A DNA stretch of 49,971 nucleotides from assembly GCA_018693795.1 (NCBI GenBank), contig JABHMJ010000043.1, positions 1 to 49,971 on the forward strand. Reading direction: 5' to 3'. How positions within the stretch are numbered: position 1 is the stretch's first letter; each line of letters starts with the position of its first letter. Shown piece after piece: positions 9,556 to 17,908 of the stretch. The position numbers and the translations under genes were made by a program. The notes under the pieces were generated by a model. It searched no databases, had not been told where the DNA came from, and saw nothing but the letters and a program-made list of their open reading frames with translations. This DNA comes from Candidatus Woesearchaeota archaeon. GTDB taxonomy: Archaea > Nanobdellota > Nanobdellia > SCGC-AAA011-G17 > PNOQ01.

Positions 9556-10905
9556 TTATTGCTTGACCATTTTCCTAAATTCTGAATACAATTCAAAAAA
9601 CTTACTTTTCAAAGCAGGAGTATTCATAACAGTTTCAAAATTTAAATCATAAGTATTACCAGAAGCGCAAGAAACAACAGGAGCTTTCTGTACATCTAAA
9701 CAAAAGGAATCAATCTCTTTACTTAACCTCTCAACTTTCAATAACTCCTTTTCATTTAAAATCATTCCGCAATTACAATGCATTGCATCAATTGGATTCT
9801 TTCTATCACACCTGGGGCAAGTAATTAACTGCATAACCTTTTCATTACTCCCTTCAGAACTAACAATTCCATACATTTCAGCATATTTGTTATTAACATG
9901 GTCTTCAGAGTAATGCAAATAAATCTTCGCCATTTGAGATCCTTCACTCCATCCCGCCCTAACAGACAAATCCCTCTCAGACCAACCTAATCTACCCAAT
10001 TTATCCAAAGCAGCATGTCTAAAAGCATGCGGATTAACTCTTTTAGTTATTCCAGAACGTTTAGCATATTTAACCAACAATCCACGAATTCCAGCTAAAG
10101 TAAGTCTTTTTCCATAATCACGAGTACCAAGACAATAAAATAAAGGAGCTTCAGAATTTTTCTTGTATACATGTTGGTTCTTATAACGCCTCAAATAAGG
10201 TTCACTAATAATCAATCTAATCTTTCTTTTTTTAGTCTTACTCTCTTGTATATCAATAAAAGCACCATAACTATCAAAACTAATATTTCCAACATTCAAA
10301 TCAATTAATTCTCCAACTCTACACCCACTTTCTGCTAGAATAGATATCAATGCTTTATCTCTAGCCAAATCTGCTGAATTAATTAGTTTCAAAATATCAG
10401 AATCATCCAACAACTTATTTTGATCCAATCTCTCAATCATGCACTTATCAAATTTCATATTCTCCAAAGTTTCAACAATTTCATTAAAATCCAATTTTTC
10501 ACGTTTTGCTAGCCAAGCATAAAAACATTTCAGAGTTTTTGCAATAGAATTCAACACTGATTGACTACAAGAAGAATATCGCTCAATAAATCCTTCTGCA
10601 TCAGATAAATTGGCCTCTAAATACTCTTTGTTAATATACACGCCAAATCTCCGTAAATGCCTTATATACTCATAAAAAGTTGCATAGCTTCTAGCCTTCT
10701 TACTAGACTTAGTCACTGTATTGCCTGTCCTAAGGGCCATGTAATAGGTTCTCAATAACTTTTGTTGATCTAAACTCAAGTTTCCCTTCACAATAACCTT
10801 AGAACTACTATCTCTGCTTTGATCTACCTGATCAGTTAAACACCTTTCAATTCTTTCAATATACTGTTCTTCTCGTTCTTTTCTCATTTTATAACAAATA
10901 GCCAA
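9556..10905 (-). CDS. Tyrosine recombinase/integrase (XerC/D-like) with a ~100-aa C-terminal extension carrying a zinc ribbon
   Basis: ESGCRVGELIDL (catalytic Arg box), HAFRHAALDKL (HxxR), KIYLHYS (catalytic Tyr), then CPRCDRKNPIDAMHCNCG. The track start at 10905 is a TTG; the first ATG is at 10887. Confidence 0.85.
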   Translation of the reverse strand: MAICYKMRKEREEQYIERIERCLTDQVDQSRDSSSKVIVKGNLSLDQQKLLRTYYMALRTGNTVTKSSKKARSYATFYEYIRHLRRFGVYINKEYLEANLSDAEGFIERYSSCSQSVLNSIAKTLKCFYAWLAKREKLDFNEIVETLENMKFDKCMIERLDQNKLLDDSDILKLINSADLARDKALISILAESGCRVGELIDLNVGNISFDSYGAFIDIQESKTKKRKIRLIISEPYLRRYKNQHVYKKNSEAPLFYCLGTRDYGKRLTLAGIRGLLVKYAKRSGITKRVNPHAFRHAALDKLGRLGWSERDLSVRAGWSEGSQMAKIYLHYSEDHVNNKYAEMYGIVSSEGSNEKVMQLITCPRCDRKNPIDAMHCNCGMILNEKELLKVERLSKEIDSFCLDVQKAPVVSCASGNTYDLNFETVMNTPALKSKFFELYSEFRKMVKQ

Positions 10906-10988
10906 ATTTCCTTTTTTTTAAAATTATTTATTCATCCTAGAAGAAAGATGAATTTTGTTAATCAACTCCAAGAAAACCAATAATTTTT

Positions 10989-12017
10989 TTATTTTAATAT
11001 TGTTAATTTCTTTGGTTTTTGTTTTATATCCAATTCTTTAAAATTTATATTGACAAAATATGCTCCAGAAGGTAAATTCCTACCTGAGCTATCTTTTTGA
11101 TTCCAAAAATAGGAATTGCTTTCCCCAATTTCTGCAAAAATATCTTCTGTTCTTAACATTCTTCCTTTTAAATCAGATATAGTTATTCTTGCCTGGCCAT
11201 ATCCTGAATAATCTATGGTAGTCCCAGACTGAGGATTTGATGGGTTGGGATATAAATTAGTTATACCATAATTAACTTGTATTATTTCTCCAGGATTATT
11301 TGGGTCTTCAATGTCTTCAATGGAAACTTGATTATATGCATCAAAGAATTCAGATGGAGGACTTCTAGGGCCTTCATCTCCGTCAAAATCAACACCAGAA
11401 ACATAAATTCTAAACCAATAATTAACTCCGGAGGTAAAACTAACAAAAGCAGATTCACCTGTAGCTTCCTTTATTTTAAATATTTCCCCATAATCTCCAC
11501 TTTCAGGATTATAGTATTCGATATAAACATTATAATATTCAACTTCAGGTCCAGTTTCAGGAGGTCCCCACACATATTGTACTTCATCTTCATCCATCCC
11601 ACTAGGATCAATATAATTCATAGGATTATTAGAAACATAATTGTAAGCATGATTATCTTTTATTGGATCAACAGAAGTAAATCTTCCTAATGAAGAATCA
11701 TAATATCTTGCATTAAAATAATATAAATCAGAATCTAATTCTTTTCCAGTAAAACTAAATCTTTTACCAATTTTCAACGATTGACCAAAGGGTAATGATT
11801 TAGACTCAACATCTGATCCTAAACGATCTTGATAATGATAAGTAATAGTGTCATCATTTTTAGAAGCAACTAACTTAGAACCAGCATAAAAGTAAGTAGT
11901 CTCTCCACCGGGAATAACTTTATCTTTAGTTTCAAAAACTTCAGGTATAGAAATATCTTTTGAATTAACTAAAGGGATAACTAATAAAATTACAAATATC
12001 ACCAAACTTAATTTCAT
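10989..12017 (-). CDS. Secreted RHS-core family protein, paralogue 1: signal peptide, minimal RHS repeat-associated core, FN3-like domain, FlgD-Ig/T9SS-CTD-like domain
   Basis: N-terminal hydrophobic signal. YYFNARYYDSSLGRFTSVDP...NNPMNYIDPSGM is the RHS repeat-associated core signature ending in DPxG. The C-terminus, LYPNPSNPQSGTTIDY...ITISDLKGRML...WNQKDSSGRNLPSGAYFV, resembles the FlgD-Ig/Por-type sorting-domain pattern. Confidence 0.75.
   Translation of the reverse strand: MKLSLVIFVILLVIPLVNSKDISIPEVFETKDKVIPGGETTYFYAGSKLVASKNDDTITYHYQDRLGSDVESKSLPFGQSLKIGKRFSFTGKELDSDLYYFNARYYDSSLGRFTSVDPIKDNHAYNYVSNNPMNYIDPSGMDEDEVQYVWGPPETGPEVEYYNVYIEYYNPESGDYGEIFKIKEATGESAFVSFTSGVNYWFRIYVSGVDFDGDEGPRSPPSEFFDAYNQVSIEDIEDPNNPGEIIQVNYGITNLYPNPSNPQSGTTIDYSGYGQARITISDLKGRMLRTEDIFAEIGESNSYFWNQKDSSGRNLPSGAYFVNINFKELDIKQKPKKLTILK
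11595..12017 (-). repeat. Conserved N-terminal module (signal peptide + RHS core to DPSGM), copy 1 of 3
   Basis: Protein- and nucleotide-level similarity to 29526-29942 and 47914-48327. For example, 11828-11910 aligns to 29749-29831 with only scattered mismatches. Confidence 0.85.
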
Positions 12018-12110
12018 AATAAATTATATTTCAAATTTAAACTTTTTAAGTATTTCTAATTAAGTCAATAACCAATAATCTTTTAAATAATTAAATTAAA
12101 ATTCTAAACA

Positions 12111-12953
12111 ATGGTAAAGAAAAAAACAGTAAAAAAGAAAGTAATTAAGAAAAAAATTTCTAAACAAAAAACAGATCAAGATATAGCAATGGATTTTGCT
12201 ACTAAAGCTTATAAAAAATTTCAAGAAGCAATTAAATCAATAGTTCTGTTTGGAAGTGTTTCTAAAAAAAGTACAACAAAAGGAAGTGATATAGATATTT
12301 TAGTAATTGTAGATGATTGTTCAATTCAATGGGATCAAGAATTAATTGCTTGGTATAGGGAAGAAATGGGAAAAATAGTTGAAAAACATTCAGAAAGACT
12401 TCACATAAATACCGTTACTCTATCAACATTCTGGGAAGATGTAAGAGAAGGAGAACCGGCAGCAATAAACATAATTAGATACGGACAAACATTAATTGAT
12501 TTTGGAGGATTTTTTGATCCATTAAAATCATTATTAGCAAAAGGAAGAATACGCCCAACTCCAGAAGCAATATTTACGACATTAAGAAGAGCACCGTTAC
12601 ACATTTCTAGAGCAAAATTTGATATCATAAATTCAATAGAACATTTATATTGGGCAATGGTAGATTCTGCACACTCTGCGCTAATGGCTAAAAATCAAAT
12701 TCCGCCATCTCCTGAACATGTGGGAGAAATGTTAGATGAAGTGTTCAATAAAACACTAGATAAAAAATACATTAAATGGTATAACGAAATGTATGCTCTG
12801 GCACATGATATTATTCATGGAAATGTAAAACATTTAACAGGAAAAGACATTGATGTATTAATGGCTAGAACAGTTGAATTTGAAAAGAAATTTAGAGATA
12901 TAACAGCCCAATTAATTCATAAAGAAAAAATAATAAAAGAAGAAATAAATTAA
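12111..12953 (+). CDS. Minimal nucleotidyltransferase (Pol-beta superfamily) with a Lys-rich N-terminus and a helical HEPN-like C-terminal domain
   Basis: GSVSKKSTTKGSDIDILVIVDD (GS...DxD NTase motif). The helical C-terminal half is a clear paralogue of the core of 17909-19678. Confidence 0.7.
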   Translation: MVKKKTVKKKVIKKKISKQKTDQDIAMDFATKAYKKFQEAIKSIVLFGSVSKKSTTKGSDIDILVIVDDCSIQWDQELIAWYREEMGKIVEKHSERLHINTVTLSTFWEDVREGEPAAINIIRYGQTLIDFGGFFDPLKSLLAKGRIRPTPEAIFTTLRRAPLHISRAKFDIINSIEHLYWAMVDSAHSALMAKNQIPPSPEHVGEMLDEVFNKTLDKKYIKWYNEMYALAHDIIHGNVKHLTGKDIDVLMARTVEFEKKFRDITAQLIHKEKIIKEEIN

Positions 12954-12955
12954 AA

Positions 12956-13696
12956 TTAATTATTTGCTTGTAAAGCACTATAAGCTACTGCCTTTGCTGC
13001 TTTAGATACATTCTGTAGATTTGTATAACTTCCTTCGCCATCTACTTCATAAGCATTTTCGACTAAGTTCCATGCATAATGTTTTGTTTTATCCACATCT
13101 AACTTATCTTTCTTTTCGCCTGTAGCAATTTCTTGAACAAATGAAAATTGTCTTGCAGGTATAACGGTTTCATCATATAATCTTGCAATTTCTTCAGAAC
13201 TTAAAACGCCCTGAACACTTACCATATAATCATTTGCAATGTCACCAACTAAAGCACCAATATTTTGTGTTGATAAATTAGTTTGAGCTTGTGCATAAGA
13301 TAAATGTGCTTTGTTCACTGATTCATATTTATCAGTTTCAATAGCAGGCATGTTCATTAAAAAACCAAATCCTGCTTCTAAACTAGAGCCCCACGAAGGT
13401 GCGATAGTTCCATTTAAAAGATCATCTAAATTATCAAAAGTATTATCTACAAAAGGGACTATTTCTTCATCAGGATTACCTGTGAATAATATTGTGTTTT
13501 CTTTATCGGATAACAAATGTCCAACTTTTGGTGCATTCCAATTATAAACTTCTTGTGTTGGTCTATTAAACAAAGCAACACTAGCCATATCTCTTGTTTC
13601 TTGAGTATCTGGATTTTCTGCAAATCTTCGAGATGCTTCATCTAAATATCGCAGTTTTCCTGCTTCTTCCTTATATTTTTCGAAATTAAATGTCAT
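12956..13696 (-). CDS. Hypothetical protein (246 aa, acidic)
   Basis: Long ORF preceded by GGGGT 8 nt upstream of the ATG. No motif recognised. Confidence 0.55.
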   Translation of the reverse strand: MTFNFEKYKEEAGKLRYLDEASRRFAENPDTQETRDMASVALFNRPTQEVYNWNAPKVGHLLSDKENTILFTGNPDEEIVPFVDNTFDNLDDLLNGTIAPSWGSSLEAGFGFLMNMPAIETDKYESVNKAHLSYAQAQTNLSTQNIGALVGDIANDYMVSVQGVLSSEEIARLYDETVIPARQFSFVQEIATGEKKDKLDVDKTKHYAWNLVENAYEVDGEGSYTNLQNVSKAAKAVAYSALQANN

Positions 13697-13753
13697 ATTA
13701 TTTACCCCATAATTTTATTACTTTACAAGAGTAACACCCATATATAAAGCTTT

Positions 13754-14038
13754 CTATTCAGGTTTATTTATTAAATAATCCTGTTCCCTTCTATCTAGTT
13801 CACAAACAATTTCCTGGATATAAGTGCCGACTATAGAATATCTATCTGTGTCTATAAATTGGGCAAGCGGATAATCCCTTGGAAAAGGAGAATTTTTGTT
13901 TAATGTACCATCATTGATATCTGTATGAACAATACACATAGCCTTAACTAACCCGCCCAGGCCCATATCTTTAATATTTTTCTCTATATCCATTTTAATT
14001 AAATAAGCGACCCAATAATAGTATTTAAAATTAATCAT
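13754..14038 (-). CDS. Hypothetical protein (94 aa)
   Basis: ORF whose ATG (14036-14038) overlaps the stop of the upstream micro-ORF (ATGA). Confidence 0.5.
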   Translation of the reverse strand: MINFKYYYWVAYLIKMDIEKNIKDMGLGGLVKAMCIVHTDINDGTLNKNSPFPRDYPLAQFIDTDRYSIVGTYIQEIVCELDRREQDYLINKPE

Positions 14039-14163
14039 TCAGGTTTTTCAGCACGAAAACCACATTTTTTACAATATTTTACTAGAAATAATCCATCCTC
14101 AAACCTATGTTGTCCTTCATGCAATGCATCTCCACATTCTGGGCAATTATGTTTTTCTTTCAT
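14035..14163 (-). CDS. 42-aa zinc-ribbon protein (MKEKHNCPECGDALHEGQHRFEDGLFLVKYCKKCGFRAEKPE)
   Basis: Hand translation. Two CxxC pairs (CPEC...CKKC). ATGA overlaps at both ends, with the ppsA stop at 14160-14163 and with the next ORF's start at 14035-14038. Below the ORF-track size cut-off. Confidence 0.6.
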   Translation of the reverse strand: MKEKHNCPECGDALHEGQHRFEDGLFLVKYCKKCGFRAEKPE

Positions 14164-16481
14164 CCTCTGGCCACATCCAACAACATTTTTTTCTCTTTCT
14201 CTGCAACAGCATGTCTCACTTTCCCAACAGCATCAATATTAACCGCTATAGAATCGATCCCCTTTTCAACTAAAAATCTAGCCATATCAGGATCAGATCC
14301 TGCTTGACCACACAAACTAGATTCAACTTTATATCTTTTACAAATTTTAATAACTTGGGAAATTTCTTTCAAAACAGCAGGATGCATCGCATTATATAAT
14401 TTTTGAATTTTAGCATTATTTCTGTCAACAGCTAAAGTAAATTGAGTTAAATCATTTGAACCAATTGAAGCAAAATTTATGCCTTCTTGACAAAATTCTT
14501 CAATCATTTGAACAGATGCAGGAGTTTCAACCATTATTCCAAATTCGATATCTTCCATCTCTAATTCTTTTAATACTGCTTTAACCAATTTTATTTGTTC
14601 AACATGGCTAACTAATGGGATCATCAATCCTAACTTATCGAAACCTTTTGAACGCACTTTTTTTATGGCCTCTAATTGTGCCCTAAGTAATTCGGGCTGA
14701 TCTAAATCTCTCCTTATAGATCTCCAGCCCATCATGGGATTATCCTCTTTAGGTTCATCTTCTCCCCCAGACAAATGTCTAAATTCATCTGTAGGAGCAT
14801 CTAAAGTTCTATACCAAACTCTTTTTTCTTTAAATGGTGTAACTATTTTTGTTAAATCTTCTTCTAATCTATTAACTAATTCTTCTTTTCTTCCCTCATT
14901 AATTAATTTAACAGGATGTTCCTTTTGGCCCAAAATCATAAACTCTGCCCTTAATAATCCAATTCCATCCGCATCAGTATTTGCTGCCTTTTCAGCCAAA
15001 TCTGGCATATCTACAATAACTTTTATTTCAGTAGCAGTATGTTCATGTTGGTATTTAACAATCTCTTCAGAGCTAACATCATCTTTGGAAGCTTCAATTT
15101 TTTTATCTCCAGAATAAATTTTTCCATTAGTCCCATCAACAGTAATTTCTTGTCCTTCTTTCAAAACTTCAGTTGCTTTCTGAGTTCCAACAACAGAAGG
15201 AATTCCCATTTCTCTAGAAACAATTGCAGCATGACAAGTAGCTCCCCCCTCATCAGTAACAATTGCACTAGCTTTTTGCATAGCAGAAACATAATCAGGG
15301 TTAGTCATTTTAGCAACTAACACATCTCCTTCAGTAATTTTACTTAATTCATCTGCATTATTAATTATCTTAACTTTTCCTTTTCCAACACCTGGAGAGG
15401 CAGAAATTCCATTTAAAATTTCTTTTCCATCAATTTCTTCAACTTTTTTAGAAACAGCTTCAGAAACTTTAGCTTGTGTTGTTATAGCTCTTGTTTGAAC
15501 CATAAAAACTTTATTTCCAGCAATAGCAAATTCCATATCTTGAGGATTATTATAATAGTCTTCTGATTTTTTAGCTAACTTTGCAATTTGTATAATTTCA
15601 CTTTCATTCAAAACTTGCATATTAGCTTTTTCATGACACAAAATTCTTTTATTTGTTCTTCCAGTATTGGGATCTCTATAAAACATAAATTCTTTATTAT
15701 TGATAGTTTTATTTTTTATTTCAAAAGTATGTTTATCAACAACATAATTATCTGGAGAAATAGCACCAGAAACTACAGAATCACCAAATCCAAATCCAGC
15801 TTCAATTATAATCTCATCTTCATTGTTTGTAGCCGGATTAATACTAAACATTACTCCAGCTTTTTCAGAATCCACCATTCTTTGAACGACAACAGCAATG
15901 AAAACTTTATTATGATCAAAATTATTTTTTTCTCTATAATAAATTGCTCTTGCAGTATATAACGAAGCCCAACATTGATGAACTGCTTGAGAAACATGAT
16001 CAGATTTTTTCACATTCAAATAAGTTGCTTGTTGTCCAGCAAAAGAAAATTCTGGTAAATCCTCTGCAGTTGCACTTGAACGGACAGCCACAAAAGGATT
16101 ATCTCTTCCAGTTTGAATAAAATCTAAAGCTTGTTTAGAAACATTTGCTAAATCTAAACTAACATTCATATTTTCATAAGCTTTTTTTATATCACTCGCA
16201 ATTTCAGCAGACATTTCTGTTTTTAAAATCAAATCTTGAATTTTTTTTGAGGCACTTTGTAATTGATCATTATTTTCTACATCCGTATTTCTTAATATTT
16301 CTCCAATGTGAGATTGAATTCCAGTTTGTTCTAAAAATAATTTATATGCTTGTGCTGTTACAACAAATCCATTTGGAATAGGAAACTGAGCATTAAACAT
16401 CTCTCCTAAATTAGCGCCTTTTCCACCAACTTTTCCCACATCTTCTTTAGAAATATCTTTAAACCAAATAATATTAGTCAT
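14160..16481 (-). CDS. ppsA: Phosphoenolpyruvate synthase (pyruvate, water dikinase)
   Basis: GGKGANLGEM (ATP-grasp N-terminus), GGATCHAAIVSREMGIP (phospho-His domain), IGSNDLTQFTLAVDR (PEP-utilising C-terminal domain). The 773-aa length fits PpsA rather than PPDK. Confidence 0.95.
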   Translation of the reverse strand: MTNIIWFKDISKEDVGKVGGKGANLGEMFNAQFPIPNGFVVTAQAYKLFLEQTGIQSHIGEILRNTDVENNDQLQSASKKIQDLILKTEMSAEIASDIKKAYENMNVSLDLANVSKQALDFIQTGRDNPFVAVRSSATAEDLPEFSFAGQQATYLNVKKSDHVSQAVHQCWASLYTARAIYYREKNNFDHNKVFIAVVVQRMVDSEKAGVMFSINPATNNEDEIIIEAGFGFGDSVVSGAISPDNYVVDKHTFEIKNKTINNKEFMFYRDPNTGRTNKRILCHEKANMQVLNESEIIQIAKLAKKSEDYYNNPQDMEFAIAGNKVFMVQTRAITTQAKVSEAVSKKVEEIDGKEILNGISASPGVGKGKVKIINNADELSKITEGDVLVAKMTNPDYVSAMQKASAIVTDEGGATCHAAIVSREMGIPSVVGTQKATEVLKEGQEITVDGTNGKIYSGDKKIEASKDDVSSEEIVKYQHEHTATEIKVIVDMPDLAEKAANTDADGIGLLRAEFMILGQKEHPVKLINEGRKEELVNRLEEDLTKIVTPFKEKRVWYRTLDAPTDEFRHLSGGEDEPKEDNPMMGWRSIRRDLDQPELLRAQLEAIKKVRSKGFDKLGLMIPLVSHVEQIKLVKAVLKELEMEDIEFGIMVETPASVQMIEEFCQEGINFASIGSNDLTQFTLAVDRNNAKIQKLYNAMHPAVLKEISQVIKICKRYKVESSLCGQAGSDPDMARFLVEKGIDSIAVNIDAVGKVRHAVAEKEKKMLLDVARG

Positions 16482-16538
16482 ATCATAAACACCTCTTAAT
16501 AAGAATATAACTGTAATAGTTTTATAAACTTTTTGTTG

Positions 16539-17021
16539 TTATAAAGTTCCTCTTTTTAACAATTCAGTAATAGTTTCTGGGGCATGCATAACTCCAATCT
16601 TTCTATCAGCAACTTTCAACCCTTTTCCATCCCTACATGGGACATTATACAATGTTGGAAATTCATCACTAGGATTTTTAAAAACTTGCAAAGCCTGCTT
16701 TAAAATATCTCTAACTGTAAATGTATATACATGAGTTAAATTTTCGGCAGTTCCTCTTAATGGCATTTGAACTTCTAATGAATCTGAAAAAAATATGTTT
16801 GGCATATCACTTCTTCCAACAATATATGAATTTCTTTTTTCTTCATCACTTTTTCCAATAAGGTTTGCAGCACTAGAAAAATCAAAATATCCATATTGAT
16901 TTATAGACATATACGCCATAGGCTCCACAGGTGTAATAAATCCAGTTTTTTCTATTTCTGCAGCCTCATTACTAGTAACAATATGATACAATGTTTTATT
17001 AGTTAATATTTGATTTCCCAT
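16539..17021 (-). CDS. Hypothetical protein (160 aa)
   Basis: ORF only; no motif recognised. Confidence 0.5.
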   Translation of the reverse strand: MGNQILTNKTLYHIVTSNEAAEIEKTGFITPVEPMAYMSINQYGYFDFSSAANLIGKSDEEKRNSYIVGRSDMPNIFFSDSLEVQMPLRGTAENLTHVYTFTVRDILKQALQVFKNPSDEFPTLYNVPCRDGKGLKVADRKIGVMHAPETITELLKRGTL

Positions 17022-17091
17022 TTTTCAATAATTTATCAAAAATAAAGTAATTTATAAGTCTTTCTATTAAGTAACTACTTGCAAAAAGTAA

Positions 17092-17607
17092 CTAAATTAT
17101 CTCAATTGTTGTTCTACCAGGAATTCTAGTCTTAGTTTTCATTAACATTTCCCTAGCAAAATTGGCACCATCTTCTGAAACCTCGGCAGTAAAAATAGTA
17201 GTTCCATTCTTTACTTGGGCTGCCATGCCTTCGACTTTACCGAAAGATTGTTTCATACCTGTCTGCATTCTATCAGCCCCAGCACCCGAAAGCATTTTAT
17301 TGTTTCTCAAAATATGATGTGGATAAATATTAATATAAAAATGATAACCTTTATTTCCAAATTTGTTTTGTAATTGTCTATTAACCAAAATTCTACATGA
17401 TTCTAAGGCGTTATGTCTAATTTGAAATTTTTCTGTAGCAATAAGTTTTACAGTTTTAGGAAAATCTTTCTTTAAATCTCCCATATGAAATCTAACAATT
17501 TTAGAAGTTGGGATTGCTTTAATAAAACCCTTTCTCTTATATTTTGACTTTCTAGTATAAGCTCTTACAACTTTTCTATATGCACATGCTTTTCTTAATG
17601 TTGCCAT
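17092..17607 (-). CDS. rpl10e: Ribosomal protein L10e (uL16, archaeal/eukaryal type)
   Basis: NKMLSGAGADRMQTGM and overall colinearity with eukaryotic RPL10. Confidence 0.95.
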   Translation of the reverse strand: MATLRKACAYRKVVRAYTRKSKYKRKGFIKAIPTSKIVRFHMGDLKKDFPKTVKLIATEKFQIRHNALESCRILVNRQLQNKFGNKGYHFYINIYPHHILRNNKMLSGAGADRMQTGMKQSFGKVEGMAAQVKNGTTIFTAEVSEDGANFAREMLMKTKTRIPGRTTIEII

Positions 17608-17609
17608 TT

Positions 17610-17867
17610 TTATTCAATTTTTACCTTAGTTCCAATAGCTTGGCCAGGTAATCCTCTTTCAAATTTAACTCTTAAAGCCCCATTATTGCCATGTTCAGCC
17701 AAAACAGTACCTTTTATCTCTTTTCCAGTTTGTGTAACCCATGTTAAAGATTTGTTCAATAATTCAGAAGCTTTTTCTCTATTATCAACGCCATCTACCT
17801 TTATAATCATTTGATTGGTATTTTGGGTTTTATGGCTTCCCCGATAATTCATAATTATGCCTTCCAT
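17610..17867 (-). CDS. rpl35ae: Ribosomal protein L35Ae (eL33)
   Basis: GTVLAEHGNNGALRVKFERGLPGQAIGTKVKI matches the G.V...HGN.G..RAKF...LP..A.G pattern of L35A. It lies 2 nt downstream of rpl10e. Confidence 0.85.
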   Translation of the reverse strand: MEGIIMNYRGSHKTQNTNQMIIKVDGVDNREKASELLNKSLTWVTQTGKEIKGTVLAEHGNNGALRVKFERGLPGQAIGTKVKIE

Positions 17868-17908
17868 AGTTATATCTGCACTAAATGTTGGTTTATAAAC
17901 TTTTCGGC

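Larger units (their letters stand above)
1..10905. mobile_element. Putative integrated defence island, right-hand part; left end lies outside the window
   Basis: Contiguous block of helicase-nuclease, DUF2779 nuclease, type III R-M, RadC-like JAB protein and a terminal tyrosine recombinase. No att repeats could be identified because only one end is visible. Confidence 0.35.

Noticed and set aside
10989-11300. Reading the Por/T9SS-CTD-like C-terminus of RHS paralogue 1 as evidence for a type IX secretion system
   Set aside because: T9SS is a Bacteroidota machinery and no components are visible here. The segment is more safely described as a FlgD-Ig-like beta-sandwich domain.
14107-15962. Plus-strand ORFs 14107-14307, 14734-15117, 15039-15320 and 15588-15962
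   Set aside because: They are antisense shadows of ppsA and carry no motifs.
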